From Octopus sinensis (taxonomy: Eukaryota): 64,000 nucleotides of DNA. Location: positions 158,472,001-158,536,000 of the forward strand of contig NC_042999.1 in assembly GCF_006345805.1 (NCBI RefSeq), given 5' to 3'. This document shows positions 43,490 through 57,820 of the stretch, piece by piece; the stretch's first letter is position 1, and each line of letters opens with the position of its first letter. Under the pieces are notes generated by a model, which searched no databases, was not told the origin of the DNA, and worked only from the letters and a program-made list of their open reading frames with translations. The position numbers and the translations under genes were made by a program.

Positions 43490-45888
43490 AATGAATTTTC
43501 ATATCTAAGTAGTAAAACCGCCCAGATATTCATGGCTTCAATCTTATTCCGTCCGTTTAATTTCGACTTAAGGATCAGTCTCAGTCTGCGCAAGTACACC
43601 ACCTTAAATTTTTCTGTCATTTCTTTCTCTATCAATTTATCCATTTCCAAAATTTCCAAATTCATATAGTCCGTCTCTTCTGTCTGCTTCATAACCTCCC
43701 CCGATAGTATCGCTAGACCGTCCGTACATTTGACTAACACACCACACTTTTTCAGTCCGAACTCCATTATGATATCAGCACTGAAGGTAAATACAGAATC
43801 AACGAGGGAACTGACTTGTGATTCATCTTTGCCATAAAATTTGAAAATCAAGTGGTTGACTTCTTGCTGGCGGCTTTTGAATACGTATCCCGCTTTTTCT
43901 TTCCTCAGAATCAGTGTCAGTGGTATCACGCACAGTACAAAGATCAGTGGAGACAGGAATTCCCCTTGGAAGATGCCCCTCCTAATTTTTACTTTCCCTA
44001 AACTTGTATATGCTGTCAGTTCTGTCTCCCACTTCGCCATATTTTTCCAAGCAATCGCCCAACATTCGATGCAATACCAAATAGGTTCATACATTCCATA
44101 ATCCAAGAATGTGGCATCATATCGTACGTCTTACGATAATCGATCCATGACATGGCTAAGTTAGTTTTCCTCCTCCTGCAGTCTCTAAGTATTCTTTTGT
44201 CTACCATGAGTTTATCCTTGGTACCTTTGCACTCACGCTTGCAAACTTTCTGATGAAGGGAAGGATTCCATTTCTTTCCAGATGTTCGTACATTGACTCT
44301 GCGAGTATTCCAGTCAATAATTTCCACATAAGTGGCAAACAGGATATCGGCCTGTAATTGTCTACCGCATTGCCTTTTTCGATATTTTTCAAATGCAGCA
44401 CTGTCCTACCCATTGTCAACCACTTTGGTGTTACTTGATCTGCATTTAACAAGGTTGTGAGTTATGCAGCTATGTGTGAATGACATTTACCAAATCTTTT
44501 GATCCGGTATCCTTGAATTCCATCTTGTCCCTGGGCCTTCCTGTTGCCCTTGTTTTTTGGTGATTTCCTTCACTTCCATAATTGAAATAAATAGTTCTGC
44601 CTGTTTTGGTCAGACTACTGTTTGTTTCAATTCTTGCAACCATTCAGCATCCTTCTTGTGCTCCTTGTCTTTGCTCCAGATGTCACTCCAAAACCTTTCA
44701 CTTTCAATGTTGTCTGATATCAACTTTTCCTCTGTACACTCTCCATTTATTTCTTTGTAGAATCTCTTCTGATCTACTCTGAATAACCTATTCTGGTGGT
44801 AATCCTTCATTCTTTGGGCATACCTTACCATCTTTGCTTTCTTTGCAACGAGGCGTTGTTTCAGTTCCTCCATTACCACATTCAGGCTCTTTCTTTCAAT
44901 ATCATACTTCCACTTATTTCCCTGTATTTTTGTTCGCTTTTAAGCTACCCCTTCTCTTTTCGGTCAAACACAGTAATGTCTTTGGAGAGCATATCTAAAC
45001 CCAACTGTATTCTTCTTTTCCACCATGGATATTTTCTTTTGTTACTCCCATTATATTTTATTCTCTTGACATCAACACCCACATTTTCTGCTACCACAAT
45101 ACCTTCTGCCTTGATCAAATTATTTGTTTCTGTGTTTTTTTTCTATTCTGACGTATTTCAGAATTTTATTCCCATTTATCATTTCTTGGTTCAATTTCCC
45201 CCGATCAATCTTTTTACGGTTGCAAATAATGCCGTTATCGTTCTCCTGTAGCCTTGCATTTATTCTTTCGTATTTGCCTTTTGCCCATCTGTCATGTCAC
45301 TATCAGTTTTATCGTCTTATTCCAAACCATCTATATATCTCTCATCGAGCAATCCGTCATTGTTCCTTTCTTGTGGTTTATTAGAAATTTCTCTTCTGAT
45401 TTCTGCTATGAGATTACTTTTATCAATAAGAATTGTGTTTTCATCGTTTCCACTGCTGCTATTTTCCAATGCCCGTTCTTTGATAGCTTCGAGCTCCACT
45501 TCTGTGAACCGATTTTTTCTTATCGTTCTAGTTTGATCACATCATCCGTGAGTTGAAACAATACTCTTTCTCTCCATTGATCATACATACGTTGTAGGTA
45601 TCCCCTAAGATGAACACCTTTCGTCTACGGAGTTGCTCAGCTGGTAACACTCCATGACCACAGCATTGATTTGTTTGTTCCATCTACGCCGTGTGTGCAG
45701 GTCTATGGCTGGTTAACGACAGGCTCAAGTCGGACCAGTATATTTGAGCCTGTCGGGTGTAACACTGTCACAATCAATGGCTTCAGTTTCATTACCACCG
45801 TTATTCACAATATTTTGTTTTTTCATTGTCACTCATATGAGGTAGCGATTATAAGGTTGCGCAATTACCAGTGTATTTATTGTGACAC
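43490..45888 (-). mobile_element. Degenerate R4/Dong-like LINE, copy 2
   Basis: RT motifs [50 protein letters not shown] and KLNGRNKIEAMNIWAV; colinear with 1662-3913 including the same 5' end. Confidence 0.87.
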
Positions 45889-46062
45889 CATCACTACATG
45901 TATCACCATTCAGAGCATAGAGAGATTCCAACCGCTTCTTTTCATTATCATCACTGATATTGTTATTTTAATTTTTTCTCTACTATTTGTCATTGTTAAT
46001 ATTTCCTCTGATCCCACAGTAGTTTTGTCTATATTCTTCTTCTTCTTCTTCTTCTTCTTCTT

Positions 46063-46093
<31 letters not shown>

Positions 46094-48201
46094 TTATTAT
46101 TATTATATTATTATTATTATATTATTATTATTATTATTATTATTAATCTACATATTCTTCACTCAATTTTTGTACCTTAATGTGACGATTAGAAATCATT
46201 GTCACTATTAATAAATTACTGCTTTTACAGTTGAGCGATGTTACAATATGAATACAATTAATGGCTTCTTTAAGTCTCTGTGGTTTTAAGTAGCTTGACA
46301 CATCTAAATTAATTTATATTTTCAACGAGAATAGATTATTCCGCCCATATGTTGCAACCCTGTGTGGCCAAGCACAGCAGATAGCATCAATTATTTTCTT
46401 CCTTACGTTTTTCATGGCGGAAACTTCACACTATCCTATAATTTAGTATTTCAGTCACATCACGCAAGCCACTCAAAACAAAATATTACAAAAACATAGT
46501 ACTTATTGATTGTTATCTTCTTGGACAATCAGTTCTTGAACAATGTTGAAATTATTACCACAAGCAATTAAGAATTCTGACGTTATGAGAGGAAGGATAA
46601 ATTCTTTAGAAATTCAGCGTAAGCCATATGGCAACGAGACAATTAGCGTGAAGTTATTAAAAAGAGCAATGTTTCTGATTACTCTTATCGAATCAGTCAT
46701 CGTCAAAGCAAACAGTTCATTGACTGTTATACTTTAATAGCATACTTATCCACTAAGTTACTAGAGTTCTTTACAATTGTCTTTCATCGAATATTAAAAG
46801 TTAGCTTTTAGAAACTTAACGTTTGAATAAGATGAAAGTACGTGATAACAGATACTCCAGTTGAATATCTTATTGGACGGAACTAAGTATGTTAAATATG
46901 TTAAAGTATGCACTTTCGCTTGAACTTCTTCAAAACATCAGTTTCAAAATATACATTTGAATTTCGTTACTTTTGACAAGCATGTAGTTATTTTGATAAT
47001 TTGTCGACTTCGCTATATAATCCAAACGCAAATATGCAATGCATTAGAGTATGAAATTGATTACAAATAATGCACAAAAAAAAAAAAATATTAGAAGAAT
47101 CTTATAAGTTCAGAAGCTGTGAAGAGTAAAAACGCTAACGTTTCCTGCCCATTTCTGTAAGCAATGTTGTTGAAAGAAGTCACACAGACATCATTATTCT
47201 TCTCCAAAAGACAATTGGTCTGCGAGGCAAACAAAGATATCTAAGTTAGGTTAAAAAGACTATCATGTGAATACATGCAATATATTCATTTCTGCAATTT
47301 TTTCTACGTTTCACCGGCATACAAGTCGTTACAATTTCAACTTACATTTTGCCATATTATTTTCAGTATTGTTTTATCGATGTTTAAATGATAGGATAAT
47401 ATTTGAAGGTGATTTGACTGCTACTTTTACATGCCAAAATACCTTCTAAAGGTTCTGTATGCTTAGATCCTCACACTGTAACTTATACAATTCTTCACTA
47501 TATGTTAAGATGTGCTGCATGTCTATAAGTTAGGTGACGGTAATGTATATGTGAGGTAACAAATACTTAAATCGCTTTAGCACTTAAAGCCGATCACTCG
47601 CGTACAATAAGTTAGCTTGTTCTGAGCCTATATGCTGATACTAAACATGTTTGCTATATCTTCGGATATGAAAGGATAAAAGATGAAAGGATAAAAAAAC
47701 GCTAAGGAACCGGATTAAATTGTTCTATGCCTTAGTTTTGGAATCGCCGATAATACTATACTTGAGCGGACTTACTTTTAGCCATCTTTGTTCGCATCGA
47801 TATTGATTTTTAGTAACATGTTTAATAAATAAAATGTTATATTTTATCACGAATATTCGTTTATTCTTGTATCAAATCATTAAATGACATTCTCTTTTAC
47901 AATTTTATTTTTTAAAAATTTTCTATGGCGTATAGCTGGACTTCAATGTGGTTTCCAGCCGAAATCAATACACTATTCCCTAAATCTTTTAGACTTAGTA
48001 TTATATTATAAGAGTAAACTCACTGTGAGAATATATAGCATATCAAATTTATTCATTCGTGATATTTTAAAGAATTTGAAATTTATGTACACAAGAGAAT
48101 GCTAAGATTCTCAGAGCGTTTGATATTTTTTTGCATGAAATCAAAATAATATCACATCCAGTGATAAATCATTTCCAATACCACACACACACACAAACAC
48201 G

Positions 48202-48274
<73 letters not shown>

Positions 48275-49662
48275 TACACATATATATATATATGCACATA
48301 TGCATATGTATAATTATATATGTATATGTATATATATGTATATATATATAATCATATACATATAGATACAAACATATATATATATTTATATAGATATTAA
48401 TCTATCTAACTATATATCATCTATCTATCTATCTGTTTATCTATCTATATATCTATCAATCTAACTATCTATCTATCATTCCAACCGACAATGAAAATAT
48501 CTAATATACTACAGACAAAAAATTTATTCCAGATTTCTATTTTAAACATAATTATCTACTTTTCAGACACCTGTGTTTGGAAGCTCTTTTTTAAAAAGCA
48601 CATGTATACGAGATAACTCAATAGTATATCAAATAATATTTCACTATATTATGTTTTAGAATTGAATTGGAAAGTAATCTTATTATTACTGGTACATACA
48701 ATATGATATAGAGATGAAAAATGAAGAGATATCTGCAAAGTTTTTGCAGTTATTAACTTCACTTTTTACTTTCTTAACGCAGTTGATTTTCACCATCATT
48801 GACAGACGGGTTCCCTCAAATATACGGTCGTCATGTATCGAATATGATTCAATGAGTTATATAGAGAGAAAATTTATCAAGCACTATTTATATTATTTTA
48901 GACTTTATATTCTGATTTCGGCTGAAATACTTTGATGTAGTCAGTTACAGGTTCCTTTATTTCCATAAAATCTGTGTTCTAGCGATAATAACTGAACGTA
49001 GACAACAGTTCTTTCAAAATATGGTCAAATCATGTCGTGGTGGATTTTCCATTTGCTGATTTTATTGCCGATGGAAGTTATTTTGCATCGTCGGTTGGGC
49101 ACTATCTGATCGCAAGTAATGATTTTTCACCCATTACTGCAGATCGGTTTGAACACTCGTCAGCGCCACGAACTATGGCTGCGGTAAATATATTAGGCTG
49201 AGAATGGAATAAAAAATTGGGAGTTTGAGCCGAAGACAACCAGGCAAAATACGAATTGTTTACTGATAATCTAATACTTCATGTTGTTCCGTTCCTTTCA
49301 TATGGTAAACAATAAGATAGTACTGTGTTCGATAATATTGCCTAAAATTATTTCATAAACGTTTGTAAGCCTGTCAATTCATTAATATTGCCTATATTTT
49401 CAACAGAATATTGAGGAAAACATAGACTTACTAAACACAATCTGTATCAGTCCATTCGTTCATTTTTGTTTATACGCCGTAATTTGTGAACAATAGAAGC
49501 GTTGGGTACAATTTTTGTCTGACCAATCCCTTGTTTTTCACCGTACCATAGCAAGGGGTGTCTGTAACTAGGCTTACTTTGCTTGCTTTATTTAAATGTT
49601 TCGCAAAAGATATATACACTCATACACACAAACCGCTATCTATCTATCTATCTCTATCTATA

Positions 49663-49698
<36 letters not shown>

Positions 49699-49730
49699 AA
49701 TCTATCTATCTAACCATCTATCTATCTATC

Positions 49731-49788
<58 letters not shown>

Positions 49789-49817
49789 CATCCATCCATC
49801 CATCCATCCATCCATCC

Positions 49818-49879
<62 letters not shown>

Positions 49880-50802
49880 GTAATTTACATAATTGTGCAT
49901 GTATACAGAATTGTAAAATATCAGATAAAAGGGTCAATAAAAATGAAACTGAAAAAACGGAATGCAAATGTATGACACATAACCACACGTGCTTAATTTT
50001 GCGTTATATCCCGAAAGACACCAGAATAAAAGACCTTATTAACACAAACTCAGAAACCAACAAGCTTAAGAACGTACATCAATTCTTAGCTTAGAAATGC
50101 TAATACAAACTCGGAAGTTGTAAACTTTATAAATCAAAGTGCTATATTGGCCATACAAATCACACTGCATTCCGCCCATTTGACCATGCATTCACAACAA
50201 GAAGCCACCGTAACAAACTGAAAGACAGTGCATGAAAAAAGAACTGAAAGGAAAACCAGAGTTGACAACCGTAAAAATCTTATTTCAGAATTCCGTAAAA
50301 TGAAAACGGTTACAATAGATGATTTGCTAATAGAAAAGTATAAACTGAAATATAAAACTGATATATAAAACACATAAAATTTATTAGAAAGCTATAGGAA
50401 ATGACTAAATGACTAAAATCGAGTATCGGCAAAAATGATTAACATTCGCATGATTTTTTACGATCCGATGCAAAGTGCAGAAAAGCACACCATTCAACCA
50501 TCATTTAATTCTGATGACTGAGCTGAGATAGTGCAAACTTTTGATGTAATAATGAATCTCAGAATGTTAATGTTCCGAGCTGAGCCTAAATTTCTAAAAA
50601 GGAAATCTGAAAAATATTTAAAATTATAAAAGTCTTCAACAAAACACACAAATTCATGTATCTATATAAATATATACAATGTACTGTTCCGTGATAGAAA
50701 ATTCAACAAAAAAAAGTGCTCCATCTGGTGAGAGATAAATATTATTTATTTAAAAGACATAATACATGTCTTTAAGTGCTGCTTATAAATTCATTTTTTT
50801 TT

Positions 50803-51207
50803 TTTACTTGTTTCAGTCATTTGACTGCGGCCATGCTGGAGCACCGCCTTTAGTCGAGCAACTCGACCCCGGGACTTATTCTTTATAAGCCCAGTACTTA
50901 TTCTATCGGTCTATTTTGCCGAACCGCTAAGTGACGGGGACGTAAACACACCAGCATCGGTTGTCAAGCAATGCTAGGGAGACAAACACAGACACACAAA
51001 CACACACACCCACACACACACATATATATATACACACACATATACGACAGGCTTCTTTCAGTTTTCGTTTACCAAATACACTCACAAGATTTTGGTCGGC
51101 CCGGGGCTATAGCAGAAGACACTTGCCCAAGATGCCACGCAGTGAGACTGAACCCGGAACCATGTAGTTCGTAAGCAAGCTACTTACCACACAGCCACTC
51201 CTGCGCC
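50803..51207 (-). mobile_element. SINE family C, full length, poly(A) tail
   Basis: Near-identical to 37057-37477. Confidence 0.9.
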
Positions 51208-52787
51208 TAAATGTTGAGAAATATTTCAGACATATTCCTCAGGCACAAACCACATCAAAACGAACTAAACAATTGAAGATGAGAAGAAACGAGAAAAAAC
51301 TGAAAAGACAGCATATGCATGTATGTATGTATGTATGTATGTATGTATGTATGTATGTATGTATGTATGTACATAAAAGGCAATTTCTGTCTGTGGCTCT
51401 GTGTGTTTATGAATTTGTTACTTTAACACCTCCGAGGCTATCGAACCGATCTTGATGAAACTCGATACGCGTGGGGGTTTATGCCCATGCGGTCGCTTAC
51501 GCACTTGGGATTTCAAAACAAATCTATAATTTTTAATCAGCATTGTTTATTTTCAAAAATCAATAGAATATTTCAATGCAAGTTGTCATATGAATGTTAT
51601 TTTCTGCCATACCGTTTAACGTTTTCGGCCGATTTTCTTGGCATTTTATACACAGATGGAATATGCACTAGTAATGTGTTGAGACAAATAAATTTTTACC
51701 CAGACTGCTCAAGCAAAGCAGAAGAGGATTTTTGATTAACTGATTAACGAAATTTTGCCGAAATTGTTGTGGGGTTAATATGTTTATCAATTATTTCAGC
51801 ATTCTCAGGTTGCTGTAACGAGTATTTTCTTAACACCTTCACTTAAAAATATCGATTCTAAACGTTGCAATCGATAGTCAATTCTCGTGATCAGTGGAAC
51901 TATACCCATGAAGCAGAGCTGTCAAATTAAGTGCCTTTCCTTTAAATAATTTTTTGTTTAATTTTCAAACTTTTATGTTCTTTTTTTTCATAGCACTCTT
52001 TACAATTCTCTTCTTGATGTTTCCATTGATTATATATTTGCAGCTTTCCACTCATCTGACCAAACGATTGTCATTTCCCGATTCCACACGTATTTATTTG
52101 TATTATTGTTTCGTGAATAAATTTGCTTACACCTTCTATTATCTGTCCTATGTCTTGATTTCATTTTTCGTCTTAGAGAAATTAGACATTGTGATGAGCA
52201 CCGGGAATATACCCGACCCCACGTATTATCGGGTACCTCAGCTAGTGTATGTATAAGGAGAACAATTTCTTCATTTTGTAACGTGGTAAGCAAGTCAGCT
52301 TAAATCATCTATTTTGCCACTCTGTTAGGTTAAAATCACCTGAAGCTGGCATAAATTTGTCATGGGGTAATCTAAGATTTCATCAATAAAATGCTGCCGA
52401 AACTGCTCAAAAATTCAATTTAAAATGCATCCCCTTTGTGTTCTCCCTTTATTTATACGCCACTCTTAAACCTACTCCTAGGTTCGATCTTACATTTTGT
52501 ATTGAATCGGGTACATATATATGTAAATATACATTTGTCAATGTATGCTTATACACGGATAGCCGTGCAGATGTACACAATTGCAGCACATGGTCAGCAA
52601 ATGACAACTGAATATCGCAAAACTGCTAACCGGTCTTTCCTAGTTTAGCACACTGCAAAACCTAGATCCCTCGAACACGAATCCTACAACTTTCTCTTTC
52701 TCTCTCTCTCTTTCTTTCTTTCTCTTTCTCTCTCTCTCTCTCTCTCTACATACACACAAACTCACACACACACGCATATATATACAT

Positions 52788-52855
<68 letters not shown>

Positions 52856-53701
52856 GGTCGAGGTGCACGTATATATGTATACTTAAAAGGGTCATATGTA
52901 CTATATGTCCAATGAGAGATTACGTTTGCCTAATGAGATCGAAACTGTTGATTGCAAAACAAACTTCTTATCCATAGAGCAATGACAGTATATACTTACT
53001 TCTAAACTATCACAATATTAGTAATAAGAATTCTCAAATAACAACTACAACAAAATGATATAACAGATAAATAACATTACTTTTATCGTTTCAAAAATTA
53101 TTTTGCTTATAATATTTTGTGAAATGTTATACATATTTGTTATTGAAAAATATCTGTTCGCTAAGTACTTGGAAGGTGTTCTATTTGTTAAGTATCTGTT
53201 TATCTTTGTTTTCTGCTAAGATATGACTAAATATTTATTTATGAAAATTTGTCATAATGTTTATGATATATTGAAATGACAGCTAACATCGTATGAACAA
53301 ATATTGAAATATTTGAAGAAGATTTATGTTAAGTGTCGGTTAAAGTGCGGCTTACTTATATCGATCTGCTTATAATATTTTACTATATTCGTGGTTCAAA
53401 CCAGTGAGATATGGCTCCTCTTGTAACATCCCCAATTTATTGAAAAACGGACAATAGTAGGAAAATGATGCAGAACATAAGCAGGCACCGCGTGTAGTTT
53501 ATTGCAGCAATCGATAAGAAATTATAAATCTTCGTTTCTCTCCCTCTCTCCTTACGTGTATGTGTGTGTGCATATATATATATTATATTATTTAGTACTT
53601 ATTTTATATATATAAATATATATATATATAATAAATACCAAATAATACAACATAATATAATATAATATAATATAAATAATATAATATAATATAATATATA
53701 T

Positions 53702-53759
<58 letters not shown>

Positions 53760-53764
53760 GCATA

Positions 53765-53990
53765 TAAGGGTACAGGACGTCACCAACGGTTCAAACAACA
53801 TGAAATACGTAAACAAACGAGTTAAATATGTAAAGAACGAGAAACAGATGGAGAGCAGGACAAATAAACATAGAGAAAAGACCCTTCATCAGTAGTCGGC
53901 TGTCTATCTACTCATTATTTCGAGCATTCAACGACAATATGAGTCTTCAAAGACAATATCTTCCATAAATTTTAAAATAACATTTTTTTG
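53765..53990 (-). mobile_element. Penelope-like terminal fragment related to 29783-30060
   Basis: On the - strand it shares the order cGAAA...agtagat...gact(a)CTGA-GAaggg...ttgtcctg...gacgt...cctgtac with the 29783-30820 element. Confidence 0.45.
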
Positions 53991-54161
53991 ATTTATGGAG
54001 GGTCAAATTTGGAAACAAGAACATGACAGTGGGGACATATAAGGAAACCGAATGAAAATATATATGGAAAGTCGTTAGACCGGGAGAAGAAAATAGTGGA
54101 CGGTGTGAGAAAGGTAGAAGAGAGAGAAGAAAAATGTCCGTTCTTTTTAACGTCCGTGCAT

Positions 54162-54228
<67 letters not shown>

Positions 54229-55044
54229 TGTGTGTGTGTGTGTGTGTGTGTGCGGGCGTGCGGGCGTGTGTGTGTATCATAGAAGCCTACTACAAGGTTC
54301 AGTCATTGTCGCGGTTTGACAGCTCATGCGCCTGAATGCCTCTCATAGCAATGAATGCGGAGTGCCACCTCCTGATAGGGCTACCCACGCTGCACGGTTC
54401 AAATTACATAGACCAGACCAATATGAACCAACAAGACCTGAGAGAAGAATGATACTGCAGGACGTAGAGATTCACTTGGAGAAGAGCACCCCAAAAATAG
54501 CTCCAAATCGCGATCAGTGTAGATAAGTGGTGGTTGGTTAATGCTTTATAGAAATCGAAATGTTTAACTAGTTAACTAATTATCATAAGAGCAGAAAACC
54601 ATGAAGTTCACAAATAGTGCAGACTTTAATTGTGATCAACATTTGTTTCATTAAGATAAACACCGCCAGCTGTATAATTACTTAATTGTGCCGCATAATT
54701 ACATTAAATAATTAAATCAATTAAAAAGCTGTGTTAACCCAAATTATCAGGAAAGTTATGCAAATTAGAACACCTTTACTGGTTTAAATAGTTTCTATAC
54801 TATCTAAATCAGTAACGGTTTCTGATTAACATAATATTGTTGATGAATCACGTTTTTAAATTGATTTACTTAATTTTACTTTTTAGATCAATTAAGCTTC
54901 GCAATTGTCTTACACAGAAAAATCGATTTTGCCGCTTTTGTAAATACATCCAACATCCTACTGGATTTACTGCTATGTAATAACCGTGGATTTATTTTTC
55001 AATATGTATACATCAATTCTCTATACGTACATAAATATGTATAC

Positions 55045-55190
55045 CGTGTGTGTACCGTTGGCGAATTTTTTCCTCCGTCTTCCTTTCTTTGGATCTTTCC
55101 TTTTCCTATGTTTCTGACAAAGAGTTCCGGTCGAAACGTTAAACCGTCCTTCTTTCCTTCTTTCCTGAGCGTCCAATAATACTATAATTG
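55045..55190 (+). mobile_element. Penelope-like terminal fragment with a mutated minimal hammerhead (55110-55144)
   Basis: gttt-CTGACAA-agagttccggtc-GAAAC-GTT-aaac; G8 is replaced by A. Confidence 0.5.
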
Positions 55191-55489
55191 TTCCACGGAT
55201 TCTACTTGGTGAAATTATTGATTACTTCTTAAGGAATTAATTTTACTCTTTGTTATTATTGATAATAGAATTTTCTCCCTGATAGCAAACTACAGATTTT
55301 TTTTCTGTAGTATTTTACCTGAAGACACACACGGATGGGCAGGAGAAGGTAAATGAACCTCATTCATATTTTGAATTCGGCGGCACTTACATTGAATAAG
55401 ATCTGTCTGATACCGTTAGGTAGAGAGATATGTTCAGTTATTCCAGTACCTTCGAATTTAATATTTCAATATTTAATTATTGCCGGAGT

Positions 55490-55572
55490 CCCATGCTGAT
55501 GAGGAAAATAGTTGGTAAAATATAATTCTATATTCTTTATACCGATCTAATTCCGAAACGCGCGTCCATGGG
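55490..55572 (+). ncRNA. Type I hammerhead ribozyme, core intact, in a Penelope-like terminal fragment
   Basis: cccatg-CTGATGA-[ggaa...ttcc, long stem II]-GAAA-C-gcgc-GTC-catggg. Stem I is cccatg/catggg, the G10.1-C11.1 pair is present, stem III is the palindromic ACGCGCGT, and the predicted cut is after C55566. Confidence 0.8.
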
Positions 55573-56532
55573 TGACCAGATATTGATTGATTTTCGTTGC
55601 TTTCCTCTGCCTGTGTGGATTGTTTTCAAGTATTTTGGTTTTTCTGGGAGGCCCTTTTTAAAGTAGAAGAAATAGCTAAGGTTTTTTGGCTGCTATTTCT
55701 AAACTTCGGTATGTGGTAAAGCAAATCTTTGCTGAACCCTAATTATTAAGTATATATATATATATATATATATTAATGCATACATACACATATAAAACGG
55801 ACGCAGACACGTTCAGTCGAGGAAATATCATGACACCACCCCATAATAATTTTCAATTTGGTGCTTTAAGCAAACGTAGCTACTGGGGTATAAACGAGAA
55901 GACATGATAGAAAAACAAGGACAAAAAAGAACTGATAGAAGGACAGTAACAAACAAAAAAAAAGTTAAAAAAAAAAGAGAAATTAGACAAGTGGACGAAA
56001 CGGTAAGTCAAAAATATTTGTGAGGAATACAGAAATAATATGGAATGAAACAAACATATACAGGCCAGTAATAGTATATTACAACAGCGGCGAGCCCTGC
56101 ATAGTCGCATCTCAACTTCGTCCTATCTGATACCTGCTCAGTTTTGTTTTTTATCTTCAGTTTTTCATCTGTTAAATTGAGTCAAACTGTGTCTCAAGTT
56201 TTGCTTGTACTAAATAGTAGACATAAAGAAGTTTACCCCAGTAAAGTATTTCTCCTACAGTTGTCACCCAATGAAAATAACATTGATGGCACCTTTTCAA
56301 TGTACAATATCGACTTAAAAACTCAACTAAGGAACGTCTTCTTTTGATCGGTTAGTCTGTAATTCCTTCTGCAATTTTCATAAACTGGCCCATCGAATTG
56401 ATATATTTGTTCTTCTCTCAGGTTGAAGCAGTTGCTCAATTAATCAATGTGTAAAATGTATATACAAATATTTATATATGTATATATATATATACCTTGT
56501 GAGGGGGTTGCTCACAAGGTATATTCCTATAC

Positions 56533-57820
56533 CGGCGAGCTGGCAGAAACGTTAGCACGCCGGGCGAAATGCGTAGCCGTATTTCGTCTGTCGTTACGTT
56601 CTGAGTTCAAATTCTGCCGAAGTCGACTTTGCCTTTCATCCTTTCGGGGTCGATAAATTAAGTACCAGTTACGCACTGGGGTCGATGTAATCGACTTAAT
56701 ACCTATGTCTGTCCTTGTTTGTCCCCTCTGTGTTTAGCCCCTTTTGGGTAATAAATAAATAGTTATATTCCGGGCGAAATGCGTAGCCGTATTTCGTCTG
56801 TCGTTACGTCCTGAGTTCAAATTCTGCCGAAGTCGACTTTGCCTTTCATCCTTCGGGGTCGATAAATTAAGTACCAGTTACGCACTGGGGTCGATGTAAT
56901 CGACTTAATACCTATGTCTGTCCTTGTTTGTCCCCTCTGTGTTTAGCCCCTTTTGGGTAATAAATAAATAGTTATATTCCGGGCGAAATGCGTAGCCGTA
57001 TTTCGTCTGTCGTTACGTTCTGAGTTCAAATTCTGCCGAAGTCGACTTTGCCTTTCATCCTTTCGGGGTCGATAAATTAAGTACCAGTTACGCACTGGGG
57101 TCGATGTAATCGACTTAATACCTATGTCTGTCCTTGTTTGTCCCCTCTGTGTTTAGCCCCTTTTGGGTAATAAATAAATAGTTATATTCCGGGCGAAATG
57201 CGTAGCCGTATTTCGTCTGTCGTTACGTTCTGAGTTCAAATTCTGCCGAAGTCGACTTTGCCTTTCATCCTTTCGGGGTCGATAATTAAGTACCAGTTAC
57301 GCACTGGGGTCGATGTAATCGACTTAATACCTATGTCTGTCCTTGTTTGTCCCCTCTGTGTTTAGCCCCTTTTGGGTAATAAATAAATAGTTATATTCCG
57401 GGCGAAATGCGTAGCCGTATTTCGTCTGTCGTTACGTTCTGAGTTCAAATTCTGCCGAAGTCGACTTTGCCTTTCATCCTTTCGGGGTCGATAAATTAAG
57501 TACCAGTTACGCACTGGGGTCGATGTAATCGACTTAATACCTATGTCTGTCCTTGTTTGTCCCCCTCTGTGTTTAGCCCCTTTTGGGTAATAAAGAAATA
57601 GTTATATTCCGGGCGAAATGCGTAGCCGTATTTCGTCTGTCGTTACGTTCTGAGTTCAAATTCTGCCGAAGTCGACTTTGCCTTTCATCCTTTCGGGGTC
57701 GATAAATTAAGTACCAGTTACGCACTGGGGTCGATGTAATCGACTTAATACCTATGTCTGTCCTTGTTTGTCCCTTCTGTGTTTAGCCCCTTTTGGGTAA
57801 TAAAGAAATAGTTATATTCC
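56533..57820 (+). repeat. SINE family B insertion amplified into a tandem array of 6 x ~210 bp
   Basis: Unit starts (gggcgaaatg) at 56562, 56772, 56981, 57191, 57400 and 57611; the TSD-like tatattcctata at 56520-56531 and 57813-57824 flanks the whole array. Confidence 0.95.

Noticed and set aside
56533-57820. Regular repeat array as a CRISPR locus
   Set aside because: The units are near-identical SINE bodies with no unique spacers, there are no cas genes, and the context is eukaryotic.
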